Positions 14,401 through 29,025 are shown, numbered from the stretch's first letter. The stretch: DNA of 64,000 nucleotides from Trichoplax adhaerens (GCF_000150275.1 NW_002060969.1:372001-436000), one strand, 5' to 3'. Numbers and translations are program-made. The notes: generated by a model not told the origin, from the letters alone.

Positions 14401-15762
14401 GTTGATAAATGTTTCACGGAAGCACTTAACGTAGTATAATTCATTTTTCATTAGCCTCTTATAGCCGTCTAAACTCTAAATTGCAGTATCTCCTTGACTC
14501 GAATTTTTTTATGATATTGTATCAAAGATACGTTGTGAGAGTTAGATGGGCCCCATCTGGCAAAAGTTTCATTTCAGGTTCCTACGACAATAGTGTCAAC
14601 TTTTTTAGGTAAGTAAATAAAATGTAATTCTCCCTTTTCAGTCCATAATTATTTAACAGGTACATGTACAAGATTAACATATTAATATTTTTTAAAATAC
14701 AAAATTTAATATCAGAGAAGATAAAACAGTTACGAATCATTATTATAATGTGAAAGCATTGAAATTTGGTGGAAGCGTAGAAGCAGTCTGTTTTCTTAAG
14801 GTAGTCCTTATTTCCACAAGATTCACATTTTATATGAAACATATAGTTGATGTAGCTTACAACAAGTGTATGTGTTAGAATGAGGACACTGCTGTAATAT
14901 CCATTAGAAATGATCATCGGCTACATATTTTTAACTGTGACGACGATCCGTATCAGGTTAGATAAATTTTTTTACCGTGCTGCTGACAGCTTAGATACTG
15001 TACTGAATGTAATACTTTTAAGCCTGTTGTAAACCGTCCTTTTTAGACGCGATGTATCAATATGAATGCTATTGGTGACAATTTCGTAAGCTTCACAGCT
15101 ATGGACATATGTGTGAGCCCAGATAATAATTTTGTAACTGTAGCAACTGGTAAGCTGTTTATCTATAGTAAATCTGTAATTGCTTATAAACTTACGCGTT
15201 TTTACCTGACTATTTGCTACCACTGTTGTACTTAGACACCAGTCGCATCATTTTATATGAAATTAAAACTGGACAGCAGGTCGGTTAAGTAAATGTTTTA
15301 ATATTATTAAGAAATAAAGTTATATTCAATTTAAAAATGTCTTTAACTTTTAGCTATTAAATTTCTATGGAGCAACGAATGACGGTTTTAGTCAACCCAG
15401 ACACTGTTGGCACCCGGATGGTCACTACTTGTATAGTGTAAGTATTAACTCAGTCGATTCATTTTAGATTATACCTTATGCAGCAAAATAACACTACGTT
15501 TTAATATTTCTTCTATAGACATCTCAGGATAATTGTATCTATGTCTGGGAAATATCTACTCAACAAATAGTATCGAAGTTGAAAGTACACACTAACGTAG
15601 TGGTAATCTCCTTTATCTTCGATATCTTTTACTTTAATGATTTTCTATGATCTCAAACGCTTCTTATTTTTATTGCAGCGTCATATATCTATCAGTGACA
15701 AACTAAAAATTCTAGTTTCTGGAGGTTACGACGCTACCGCAGTGTTATGGAAACGTGTCTGA
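11492..15762 (+). CDS. LisH-motif + WD40-repeat protein, multi-exon; orthology not assigned
   Basis: Exon 1 LNLIYDYFEKNKFFKSSKTLVEE (LisH-like). WD-like segments HKGGVLDVDINP, VVRVRWAPSGKSFISGSYDNSV, CWHPDGHYLYS, TSQDNCIYVWE, LVSGGYDATAVLW; stop TGA at 15762. Some middle exons uncertain. Confidence 0.75.
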
Positions 15763-16793
15763 CCTGTTATCTCTCGGTATTTGAGCTCTTATATGCGACA
15801 ACTTGTCCATACTGTTTTAACCAAAAATAGCTACGGCAATTACCTCAAATCTTGCACACATGTACAAGCTGCGTAGTTAATTAATGCTATTTGCATACCA
15901 AGTGGTAGTAACTTGCAAAATTAAGCCATCGGCGCTAGATAAGCTTTATAAAGTGAAAATGAATATCGATTGCAGTAAAAATGTTTAGCAAAATTGTGTT
16001 GAGTGACCAGATATTTATAACTTTATGTGTGTGGGGATGCAAAGAACCGTCCGCAGGAATTATAGTGTCAGTTACACATCATAAAGGTTACCTCCGATTT
16101 AGGTTAATTTTTAAGTTCTTCTATTATTGTTTAAAATTAAAAGATTTACTTATTACAATTCTTTTCGGTCTGCATCCCGTAATTAGGCGGCTGTTTAATA
16201 TACTCGTATAACAAGGATTATTTATGATACCTTTAATTACTGACGACCAACTTCAAATAACAATATCAAAGCTATCACTCATTTCATCACAGGCCACTAA
16301 AATATATCTTACTTTCTATTACTCATTTTATAGGCCAGTGAAATACATCTATATTTAAGGTACTAATACTGCATTTGCAGGAGGTTGCGCCATTAGTAGT
16401 CTCTAATCAGTATTTAAACTATTTGTAATTATTTCAACGCAGACACATGCATGTTGGTAAAAAAAGCATACAAGATAGATGGGAGTTTACGTAATATTAA
16501 ATCATCATTAACGGTAATTATAAGATATTTCACAGCTCCTTTCGTGACTAAGATTAGATGAAGAAACGTATTCTATTCTTCTGTTGTAACAATTAAACAA
16601 TTGTTTGTAATTACTATTTAAGTTTTATAACTATACAAAATTCGAATGATACTTAACGGTGCAGTAAAATCTTGAGTTAACCGTTTCGAGGTATCGTACT
16701 GTATATTCAATTCAATTTAATCTAGTGGAATCTCCGTAAATAGGTGTGCTATCGTACATCACTTCATAGCACCAGTGTTACAATATATTGCAT

Positions 16794-18187
16794 CTAGGAA
16801 TTCATTGATAGCAGATCATTTATTGCAGCATTAACATTCCAACCATTTGATGCTAGCACTGATCGAATCACTTCTTCATCAATAGTTGGAAACATCCCCT
16901 TGATGCTTTCCACACTTGCAGTAGACTCATATGATGATGTCATCTGACTGATCTGTGCGTTCATATCATAACCCTGTCTGTTACTGGTTTGAGTAGGATT
17001 GGGTACGGCATGCTGTTGGACCGGAGAACCAGATGGAGGCTATTTTGAATATTTAAATATCCATTTTCAAACTTTTTAAAGAAGTTACCGACATGACGAT
17101 CTGTCAGCTAAGAAAGCAACACCAATACATACATAATAGGATAAAATCAATTTGATCATTCCCTCTTTGTTCTCTCCTTGCTTTCCAGTTAATGAATACC
17201 AGTCTTCGACCGTTTCGTGATTCATCACAGCTTCAGGAATATTAATGTGCATCCACGCAATACGATCATCGCTAACAATGGACCTCTGTGGAAGACCCAT
17301 ATTAGTCTAATCATATATTCATCACTCATTGCATTGTTTTTCACTAACCTCACTATAAATCTCCAGATATATAGAGTCTACACCTGATGGAAGCGGACTA
17401 TATTCCAGCAAAATCAGAATATCATTAAATGGTAGCTCACGTGTCATTCATTATAAACATTTCAATAATTAATTGAACCATCGTAGCACTTTTACAAAGG
17501 ATTATTGCTTACAAAGTGAATGTCTTATTCCATCTTGGAGTTTTAGAACCATTGCCATCCGTTGGTGTTTCCATAACATTGTGGCCTACTCGAATTTTAC
17601 AGTATGGGTCCATGCGGGTATATCCATAATTCTTAACGAGCTTTGCCTAAAAACAAAAATGATCTCCACAGTTTCTCTATTTAAGTATTTAAAATGTGAC
17701 AGATCATAAAAGATTACGCACACGCGTAATATGCAACTTGCGGAAACTTCAAATGTATGTTAAAAAATACTGAATCGTCATCGTTTTCATATGCTACTCA
17801 GTTTAGTACCATAGTGTATGTTGTACAATGAACGTCGCATTAATTAATTACATCAACATCTAAAAAGCCATCACTTAAAGAGATTTACGCGTATACTGTA
17901 AACAGAAAAGTATCGAAAGTTCATTAGAAAAGTTTGCAATTTCGAAATCAGTATAGTTGCAGTACCTGTGCTACTGTTATCTTTAGTGTTCCCTGCGTTT
18001 GCACAATCGGATAATAATTTATTGGCGAAAAATGAACTTGAGATTGGAACCCAGTCTGCTGGAAAGGAACAACAGGCCTTGAAGAAGATATTCTTAAAAA
18101 GTCATCGGATAAATTACCAGTTACAACTTTATTCCGCCATTTTTGTAATTGATTGTTGTGATTACTATTTGTCTGGGTAACCTCCAT
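16794..18187 (-). CDS. TOLLIP: Toll-interacting protein (Tom1-binding motif, C2 and CUE domains), ~5 exons
   Basis: [10 protein letters not shown]; C2 segments [45 protein letters not shown]; [20 protein letters not shown]...AINDLLSM; stop TAG. Confidence 0.93.
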
Positions 18188-18389
18188 TTAGCAAACAGCT
18201 AATATTGGTAATTTCCTTAACTTTATTAACCTTTGTAAGAATAAATCGAAAGTAATTTAATAATATTTTATCGAAGAGAACGCTACAAGCTGATAGTTTG
18301 TAATAAATCGGCACGTAGAGAGCAGGGTTTGATTAGGGACTTGTGAGAGATCTTAGAGACAGTCCCGGTAATAAATTGGCCTGTACGAA

Positions 18390-19245
18390 TTACAGTACAG
18401 TACAGTACACTGTACAGTATAACTTTGGTAAAACTAAAATTGTTAGCATACAGTACAGTACAGTAAAACTCAGACAACATGATGGTCACAGGACTTTATA
18501 GAGTACTGTACAGTGTGAAGTACCGTACGCTACAGTGTACAGTACTGTACTGTTAGCGAGTGCATCAGTACAGTACAGTGGCCTAAAGGGACAACTTAAT
18601 CCTCGATAAAAATAGCTATTTCGGATGGTCTCTCAGAAATTTCACTCTCCCCCGTAGAAAATACGCTTTCCTCCAGAAAGTACGGGGGAAAGTGTAATTT
18701 CTGAGGGACCATGCGAAATAGCTATTTTTATCGAGCATTACGTTGTCCCTTTTGGGCCACCGTACATCGGGGACTTCTCAAGTAAAAATCCTTACCAAAG
18801 TCTCCTTTATGCACACTGTGCATGGTCCAATGTACTGTACAGTACAGTTATAACACACTCATTACAGCATATTGCACAACACTGATATACTGTACAGTAC
18901 TGTATTTTTGTTATTGTTTTAAAACACTGTTCTTTTATTCCACTGAAGGGGACTTCTGAACGAAAATTTTTCTTCCTCCATAAGAAAAAAGACGGGACGG
19001 GACCCTTCACTATTCCGTTTCTTTTTTTGATTTGATTTCAGAATTTCAATTAGAATTGGAGGATTTCTGTTTAGTAGTCATTACAGTTGCGTATGGGCAC
19101 TCTGCCTAGAATTACCTACTACTAACTGTGTGCAAAATCTTACATACGCATACAGTGTATAATAACGATATACAGTAATGTACACTAGTGTACAGTACAG
19201 TATATAGAGAGTAATAGTACTGTACAGAGTACAGTACAGTGTAAG
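18390..19245. repeat. TA-CWG arrays in the TOLLIP/PAH divergent intergenic region
   Basis: Blocks at ~18390-18575, 18830-18905 and 19150-19245. Confidence 0.88.
18576..18762. mobile_element. 187 bp MITE with ~80 bp TIRs, Tc1/mariner-like
   Basis: Left arm cagtggcctaaagggacaacttaatcctcgataaaaatagctatttcg... matches the reverse complement of the right arm (cggtggcccaaaagggacaacgtaatgctcgataaaaatagctatttcg...). TA on both flanks. Confidence 0.85.
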
Positions 19246-19469
19246 ATTTGAGAAATGTAAGAACGTAGATGTTGATGTTGACATCTACGTAAATGGGTGT
19301 GTATCAGACCTCTACACGAGCCGAACCATACGCCTATTAAAGTATTTCGTATTAACGTATTAACCTCTCTTGCCCGTACTGTGGTGTACAGTACTAAACT
19401 GTAAGTCTGTAAGTCCAGAGAAGTCCCGACACGTCACTAGTTCCAAGTACAGTTTGAAGTTCAGCTCCA

Positions 19470-22446
19470 ATGGACTCTGTTTTAACGAAAAAAGCTGATT
19501 TTAATAATTATCAGAAGGTTAGGTGATTCTATACGGATCTGATTCAGATTTGGCAAATCACGTAAAAGCACAGTCTTGAGTCAGCATTTGCTTGACAAAT
19601 AATACATAGTTAGCTAGTATGCGTACAGTACATATGTGATAGTTACTAAAAATATGGTTAAATCGCCATTGATAGAATTCACTTTTTTATTTTCTAACAA
19701 AAGTATTATGATCTCTGTAGAACTCAGACGAAATTGAATTACAATGGTGCAATACACGCACTGTATTATTTTCAGTTAACGAAACCGTCGGAACCCTTGC
19801 AAAAGCTCTCAAAATATTCGAGGTAACTTCACAACGATCGTCTTTAAGTTTTAAGTAAGATTTTCTGACGTCTTGTCTTGGATTAGGGCCTAGCAGCATG
19901 TCGCTTTTTTAAATTGATCAGATTAAGAAAACAATAACTTTCTTGTCGTACACGTAATTGTGATATCACATAGTTAACATTATCATACTTCCATAATTAA
20001 TTAATAAGCACCGTTATACAAATTTACTACTATCTACCTTATTAATAATTATTTAAAGGCATTAGTGATTAGTTCTAACATTTTATACAGATCGAGAATA
20101 TCAATCTTACGCACATTGAATCCCGGCCATCCAAAAAGCAAGCAGGATACTACGATTTTTATGTGGATTGCGAGTGCAGTAATACTGAAACCTTACAACG
20201 TGTTACGTCCAGACTGCAAGATTATGCAGTAAATGTGGGCGTTCTGTCAACTCAGCCTCTAAAAGATGATATTGGTGATAACTCGTCAGGTAAAACATTT
20301 TGTATATTAAATACAATGTACAATAACCGTATGGGCCCACCTTTGCGATCTCGCTAAATATAAAATGTTGTCAGCGTTAAAGTAACTAAGAAATTACAAT
20401 TTATTTACCTCCTTAGTGCCATGGTTTCCGAGAAAAATATCTGACCTTGATAAGTTTGCAAATCGTATACTATCCTACGGTGCGGAATTAAATGCAGATC
20501 ATCCGGTAGAGTCTTGCATACTGACACGTTATCTAAAATTTCTTATTTTTACTGATTTTAAAAAGGGTCAATTTACACTTTGATAGGGATTTAAGGATGC
20601 GATTTATCGTGCACGACGAAAGGAATTCGCTGATATTGCTTTCAATTATAAACAGTAATATCAATATTGAACCAATATCGTGCAGCTTTAAATTTATGAC
20701 TTCCAATTTCTGTCATTCTTATTGTACATCAATAGCCTTTATTAATTTATTCGTATAAGCAGCATATAAATATAATACAGTAAATGTATAATTTGGAAAT
20801 ATCTACTTTAATTACTAATTGCGTCGCAAATATTACTTATTGCAGTGGTCAACCAATCCCTCGAATCAAATATACTGAAGAGGAGATAAAAACTTGGTTA
20901 GCATGTTATCTAAGTATAAAATTTTCATACGATATATATTAGATTATAGTAACAGACGTAACTCCAATCGAAATAGGAATACCATTTTTAGTAAGCTAAC
21001 TACCCTTTATCCCACCCATGCTTGTGCTGAGCATTGCCATGTTTTCCCCTTGCTAATGGATAATTGTGGTTATCGGGAAGATAATATTCCGCAGCTGGAA
21101 GACATATCTAAATTTCTTAAAGGTGAAAACAGGTCTAATTTTGTACGCGTAATTCTTTTCTTTATATTACCAGTGTCTTATCGTTTAAGTAACTCTGGAT
21201 GCGAAAAGGCAATTTTGGCTTACTTAAAATTTCTGATTTGTAAACCTATTTTAGATTGTACCGGATTTCAAGTTAGACCAGTCGCTGGTCTCCTTTCTGC
21301 ACGGGATTTCCTTGCCGGATTAGCGTTTCGGGTTTTCCATTGTACTCAGTATATTAGACATCCAACAATGCCGTTATATACGCCGGAGCCGTAAGATGCA
21401 ATTACACTAAATGGTTTATATTTAGGTTAATGCTAAGTGTTTAATACACCTCCGCAGTAAAACTTCTATTTTCTCAAATTCACTTTAAGAGATCTGTGTC
21501 ATGAAGTCTTAGGCCATGTCCCCCTATTTGCAGATGGGAACTTCGCTCAATTTTCACAAGTGAGATAATGAGTGTCTTGAGTATTTTCTATGCAATTTTT
21601 AGAATATGCTACGTAACTCATCAAAGGTACTTCGCTTAAATAGGAGATAGGCCTTGCTTCTCTCGGTGCACCGGATGAGTTTATAGACAAGCTCTCTACG
21701 GTATTGTTAACTGAGAGCTGTATTTTAAACTGCATTGTATTTATGTAGCCCTACAGTTCTTTAAGATATAGTAGTAAACCCTTTCTCTATTCTGCATAAG
21801 CTCTACTGGTTCACTGTTGAATTTGGACTCTGCCGTCAAAATGGAGAAATTAAAGCGTATGGTGCTGGTCTCCTATCATCGTTTGGTGAACTGGAAGTAA
21901 ATACATGTAACAATTCATTTAAGTATAAATTTTTTAATAAGTAAACCTGAGAAGTATCCTTAGTATTGATTGTCGTATTCGAATAATGTATGTAATGGAA
22001 CCGTATTTATGATACATCATATTAACATAGATCTATTCTTAGTACTGCCTCAGTGAGAAACCGAAAATCCTACCGTTCGATCCAGACAAGGTATGTTCAA
22101 CAACATACCCGATAACATGCTATCAACCGACATATTTTCTGGCCGAGAGCTTTGAAGACGCCAAAAAGAAGTTAATGTATGATGTGATAATTGCACTTGT
22201 TCAAAGAACTGACTTTTGCATCCACGTACACCTATTAAAGTAAAATTTTAAATGCTGTGATAACTGAATTTTAGTGCCTTTGCCAGGAAGATACCAAGAA
22301 TCTTCAATGTGCGTTATGATCCTTATACCCAATCGATTGAAGTAATCGATAGCAAAGAACAAATATTGCACCTTATTAATGATGTCCAAGAGGAAATGGA
22401 TATCTTATTCACATCATTAAGACAACTATCTGTATCCAGTAATTAA
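19470..22446 (+). CDS. PAH: Phenylalanine-4-hydroxylase (ACT + catalytic domain), multi-exon
   Basis: [103 protein letters not shown]; stop TAA at 22446. Confidence 0.93.
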
Positions 22447-24481
22447 AATATCTTCCACTAGAAAACTTGGTTACCTGCAAACATAATTTACAATAAGAAA
22501 TTTTCAAACCATATCGTATTTGTAATTTTTGATAATTGATAATACTATGGGAATATTTAGAGATTGCTATGATTGATCCGCAAATGAAGCACACTCGGTT
22601 TAAATTCGAGCGTTAGCCATCCGATAAATGATGCATAATAATATTAATTCATTAACCGAGTACACGTATCGTTACTGTGCAATTTGTTTGATCTTTCTGT
22701 CAATGAACTAAGTGGTTAAATTGTATCAAGTAGCCTAACTAATGAGCTGCTTGATAGCTTTATGCTTAGCGTACGATTGACGGAAAATCTCTTATGATAC
22801 TGGACATACATGGGTATGCCTATATATAATTAATACACGAGTACTGCTTATAGTATCACAACCAAGTAAAAATTATAACTTTAGTATCATTACATTGCAG
22901 AAACAATGATCTTTTCAACCATATGAAAATAGACTTATCTCTAGTTTTGCTCGCATGTTACTACTTAATCGATACGCATTTAAGACGCAGGTATGTAGCT
23001 TCGCGTATTTTACTCAGTAACGCTAATAAAACTCACGTATTCCTGAATGAAACTGTAAATCTTTACATCAGATTATTTCTTCATTAATCAATTTATATCA
23101 TTACGATGAAGAAATATGCGTAAATGTTCTAATGATACGGATGCGCAAGAATCTTAGAGTATCTTTGTTTACGACGGATTAAAGTCAGCGCTGCTTGAAT
23201 ATTTATCAATACTTGCTGCAGCATTATCTGTAAAAATATCACAAAAAGCTATGTTGTCGGCTTTAAAATTCACTCAGTTACTGATCAATATTCGTTATTT
23301 CTAATATAAACTAAACTAAATAGTGATACTTGTAGTACATACGATAAATGGAATATTACGTACTTTGTTAAATGTTAAATACACTTCGAACGAGGAAGAT
23401 TCGACTTCATCAGTGACGAACAAAAAATAAAAAAAATTCGTTTATATTGATCATTGTACAGTAGTGCACACCTACCAGTAACAAGTAGCGCATATTCTGT
23501 TACCCCTTCTAATTCACAAAAGTGATGCCAACGAAAAAATGATTTTTACGGCGATTGTTGAATAACTTGCCTAAATCTGCTATCTGAAACATTAACATTC
23601 AGGCTAGTCTCTAGTTGTAACTTTAAAAGGATCATGCCATGAAAGTGCTTTTTAGGTATCTTAATGTGCAGATAATTGCTAAATCTGATGCCTGAAACAT
23701 TTAATATCCAGATTCATCTTAGTATCATATATAAATGCATTCAGATGCATGCTTCCAAGATCGAAGAAAATCAATTTTTCTTCATTTGTATTTAAATAAA
23801 AAACTGTACCACACAATGTATACAAGTAGTCTGTACAATGGTGTGCTAAGATTAGCACATTGTACTTTGCTGAAACGTGGCCGACTTTCACGATACCACA
23901 GCACATACTGCTACTAAAAAATGTGCTTTTAAGATATCTAAGAAATAACATAACTGCCTTACATGATGTAATCAATCAGGAAACTGTAATAAATAGTAAA
24001 GAATTAGGAACGTTACAATTCCAAAGGTTAAACATATTCCTAAATGCAGTAATATACTTCTATTTAGGTTGTACTAGGGGCACTTCACCGCCCAATTTAG
24101 TCAGGAAATGTAAATTGATATAATCCTACTGTACTGTACACGTAACTATATTGACTCTCAACACTATCATATAAGTTTCGTTAGAGAAAGCCAGGGCATT
24201 TATTCAGCTAATTTAGCTGAAGAATGTAGCATCATAAGAAAAGTTTGTGATTACAAAAAGTCATTAGTTCACTGATGCTCTAAATTATTTTTAAATTGTT
24301 ACTTCTGCCAAAAATGAACATTCCATAAAGACATCTGACATAAATACGTTAAGATCAAACTATGAACGAAATCGAACAGTCTTGTATTTCGTTTCACTGA
24401 AGACGTACAGCATTAATGAACCCACGCCAGGTTTAATAAAAATTAGGAAAGATGCGAAAAGACTCATGTAAAATGAAATAT

Positions 24482-27400
24482 TCATCGAAATCTCGGAACT
24501 TTCCCTCGTTGTTTTGGCCTTTTCTTTGAAGCTGCGATTAGTTTTCTATAAAGTCAGATGTTTGCCAAATCATAGTAAGAATAAAAGGTGCACCCATATA
24601 TCAAATTATAGACATCCAAGGGTAAATTCCCATTTTACTTAAAGTGTACTACCTAAGAAACGATAAGTACCTTTTCCTTTCAGATTTCTGTAAATCATAA
24701 GACGCCACAGTTCGAATAGGATCGCGTTTAATTGGAATTTTAGTTGACTTCTTCTTTCGTCTGTAGAATTTTAACAAGAAATCAATTTCTTGTACGTAGG
24801 GCTCTAATTCGCAAGTAAAAATATTGTGCAATCCCACCTGTTAAGCATTTTATTTTGAAAAATCCATTTCGGTACATCGCAATTTGAAGCTTTCATAATG
24901 TTCGCAATACTACATCAGTAATGGTAACTTTTAAATGATTACTAATTATAATTTATTTATAATATATATTACATTCTATTAATAACCTTCGTAAATATGG
25001 TACGTCATTTTGAGTAAAAAATGTAACTGCTTTTCCTTTTCGACCAGCTCGACCGGCTCTTCCTAAATTCAACGGTGATTTAAAGTACCGAAATCAAAGG
25101 AAAATATTTCAACTACACCTACAATCATCGTATAAGCAGAAAATACACAAAATCATATCTATATTACCAACCAATACGGTGAATATAAGCAATCCCAGTA
25201 ATCGGGAAATCGTAATTTATAACCAAGTTTACTCCTTTAAAATCAATACCGCGACTCATCAACTCGGTTGCAATTAGAATCCAAATCTGCAATTAAGAAA
25301 GTAATTAACTGCGCAAAATAAGTCCGCAAATCATTCTTCAGAATTTACACTAAGCTTCAAAGAGTTCTTTACCTTTCCTAAGCGGAAATTTTTGACCACG
25401 TTATCCCTCTACAATGGCATATTTTTGAAAAATACTTGTCTATTACGCAGAATTCCAAAAGCTAAAGCTTATACCCATATGCACGATATCTTAAATCACC
25501 TGTGCTTGTGTTCTATCTGAATGAATTACTTCCACATTTATTCCATCATAAATCAGTTCTTGAAAAAGTTGCTTAGCTCTTTCTTTGTCCTGAACAAACA
25601 CAAGTGCCGGTGGATCAAAATCCTGCGAATAAAAAAGATTTTATATTGCATAATAAAGTCATGTCAATAACTACAGTCTGCTGTCCTCAAAACCTAACAC
25701 CAATAATATAGAAGTATAGTGCAATCCACCTTCCTAATAATGTCTCGTAAGGCTAGCAACTTGCCGTCTTCCTGACCAACAAATTTAAGTTCTTGACTGA
25801 CTGTTTCTGCAGCTGCGTTTCTTTAGATAATCAAGAGAATATATTAAGATTATACTATTCTATAACTTACTGCTCATTTCAACACCAAAATATAAAACAC
25901 ACTACTATGACCTGTTATAAATTTGTTATCAATTAAGAAGAGCTCGGCTACCGTAGGCTTACCTTCGGCCAACTATGACATGTAAAGGATTATCTAAATG
26001 CGACCTACACCAATTCTCAACCTCAAAAGATAATGTAGCACTAAACAATGCCCGACGCACTTTCGGGTTATTACAATAATTATAAATTATTCCAACCTAA
26101 GAGGGTTTAAAAGCAAATGCATCATGCCGGTGATCAGGTTTTCGCGCAGAAATGATAAAATGATGATCAAACCAACCTGCTCTCTAAAGCTGCTTCTACC
26201 ACTTTCGAAAAACTTATCCGCTTCGTCAAATATTAATAATTCCACACTACAAAATTCCAGGTTAAACAATAGATAATTTAAAGATTATGGTGTTCATAAT
26301 GATGCTAAACAACAAGCCACAATATACAGTAGTATAACAACCTGCTAAGATCAATTGATGCCACTGTTGAATAGTTCCGAGACAGACACTGGATTAAGCG
26401 ACTTGGTGTCGCAATTAATATATCTGTCATATATATATATAATATATACAGTACTAGTCTCAGTTTGTTATCCGTTGCATATGCTTATTCAAGCATAAGT
26501 ATTATTCTAACAGTTTCGAATATTTAAAATACATGGATATCATCCACTTTTTCTATTCGAATCTCAATTTCTTGTTACCGTATCGCTTTGATGATTGCAA
26601 TCCGAAATTGTTACTGGTAGCATTGCATTTTTTTAGATAATAAACTTTTAATCCAGATCCTAAAGCAATCCTATTACATTCCTGATAAATCTAAATTCAT
26701 CCAAATAATTACAGTTATAATTATAATTAGTAGTAGCTGTAATCCATAATTTGTAAAAAATTTCTGGAAACTGCGTTACACAGTACAATAACGGCCTCTT
26801 TGCTCGACCGATTATGTGGGCTGCGAGTAAAACTTATGCTCTTTAACTAAAATAAGCCTAGATTTACTATGCCTTTACCTGTTTCGCTAGTTCCCTAGTC
26901 GGAGATAATATCATTGTTCTGAAACCTTTATTCTGTGTCGACTGCGTTAGCAGGTAATTATAGAAATTTCACGAAATTAACCAAAGAGAAAATCTTCTAG
27001 GTAGTTTGTAATCTCATTTAGTATATAAATCTGATTAAATCAGCTAGTCGTATGCATCGCTACTAAAACTCACTTTCAATGTCAGTAAAACTGGTAAAAT
27101 AAAAGCTAAAGATTTTCCGCTTCCGGTGGGAGCGCAAGCCAATAATTCTCTCTCCTGTCACACAGAAAACTTGAGTAGTTTTAGCAACATTGGACCAGAA
27201 TCATAAGTGAGCAAACTATAAAATGAGCAATATAGCACTGAAACAATGCAAATATTACCCCCAATATTATCGGAATCGATTGCATCTGCACGGGCGTAGG
27301 CTTTCGATAACCATATTTGGCTAAATTATCCAATAGATATGATCGTGCGCCATACCTACAAAAAAATCTATGTTAATGCGGAATACTGTACAGTACATGT

Positions 27401-28217
27401 ACAGTATAGTATTGATGGCATGCATACTTGCATAGCTTTCAACTTTTCTTACAGTTAGTTAAAAGACATAAGAATGATATAAAGCACGATACAAGTAGAA
27501 CACACTAACGTTTTACGAAGCTCTTCAAAGTTTGTGATTGGATCCGGAATATCAGGACCATGTACAAAAATACTATTCTCATGCCGAATAAGGTTAGCCT
27601 GATATTTTTACACGTGGTTTAAGCCATTATTATTCTACATTCTTGTCACAATACTGTATGATCATTTAATTAATTATAAACATAGAATGTACCCTATCTG
27701 ATGTAATGTTATCCTTTATAACCCTAGTTCCTGTGAAAAATTTAAAATAATTGCAAATCAATCTTACAGCAGATCAAAGATGTCAATCTTGTCATACATA
27801 AAGCCTTAAAGACTGCAATTCGGTACCGGTTTCAAATGGAATCCCTTTGCTATGAAACACTGCCTTGTGATTTTTAACTTGGAAGTTATCAGGTATGGAC
27901 TCTATGACACCTGATCTTAAATACTTATCTTGCAGCCCACCGGTATTTGCAAAAAAATTTAGGTTTTGTTCAATATTTTCTGTGCTACCGTCAATTTCAA
28001 CCTCAAAAGCAAAAACAAGATATCCAAGTTTAGCTATCACTTAGAATCAATTAAAGTAAATGTAACAGTAAGAGTACAGTAACTTGTCAACTTCAACAGA
28101 AAGGAACCCTTTAGACTGTAATATTAATATTGCGAATAACGGTACCTGCTTCAGTCGTGCACCAGACTCCCGTAATGTAGTGCCAACGGCCAACTTTGAA
28201 TACTGTTTGTTAGCCAT
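24482..28217 (-). CDS. DDX52: DEAD-box RNA helicase DDX52/Rok1, multi-exon
   Basis: [106 protein letters not shown]-terminal end approximate. Confidence 0.92.
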
Positions 28218-28276
28218 TTTTCTGTTGGACTGTCACTGCCTTGAAATTTATAAGACTGTGCGCTTAGATTATATTA

Positions 28277-29025
28277 TACAGTACTGTACTGTACAGTACA
28301 GTACAGTGCTGTGTTTTGCAATACACTTACAGTACTTGATCTCCACTACTGTATACTGTACTGTACTTTAATTGATTATGAAAAATTTTACCATAGGAAT
28401 TAGTATGAGAAATTAAGTATAGGAATTAGTATGTGAAATTTGTTATATAGGATTTAGTATACGAAATTTCGTTATAGGACTTAGTATGAGAAATCTTGGA
28501 TAGGAATTGGTATGAGAAATTTTATTAGAGGAATTAGTATGAGAAATGATTTAAATACTGTACTGTACTGTACTGTACTGTATATACAGTAGTATTGTTT
28601 TTGCTGTAATACATACAGTACAGTATAGATGTTATATAGCTATCTCGTGATATCGATCTCGTAGTGTGTATTTGCAATATATCTTATTCTGAATCATCTG
28701 CATATCGTGTTTGATTATTATCCTACGTAGCCTTGGATCTACTATACTGTATGACCTCCCACATTACAAATATGCCGCAATTTGTTGTCGATTAACTCAA
28801 TTAAATCCTAAATCCTATTCTGAATTCAATATACTGTAGTTTCCGAGATTATACTGTACTGTACTGTACTGTACAGTAAAATAAGATTATTTACAGTACA
28901 CACAGTACAGTATAGTACTGTACAGTACTGTACTGTACACTATTTACGCTAAGTATCTGAGTAATCGGGCTTATTATGGCTGGGCCTACTGTACTGTACA
29001 GTACTGTACAGTACAGTCTACAGTA
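28277..29025. repeat. TA-CWG arrays upstream of DDX52
   Basis: Blocks at ~28277-28367, 28556-28625 and 28852-29025. Confidence 0.88.
28393..28547. repeat. Six-copy tandem repeat, 21 bp core ATAGGAATTAGTATGAGAAAT with 5-7 bp variable linkers
   Basis: Copies start at 28393, 28419, 28447, 28474, 28500 and 28527 (period 26-28 bp). Confidence 0.9.

Noticed and set aside
19470-22446. Tyrosine or tryptophan hydroxylase
   Set aside because: Short N-terminus, a PAH-type ACT motif, and YPIT rather than the TH-type YQDQ fit PAH better.
28393-28547. CRISPR-like repeat-spacer array
   Set aside because: Linkers are only 5-7 bp, repeats are degenerate, there are no cas genes, and the context is eukaryotic.
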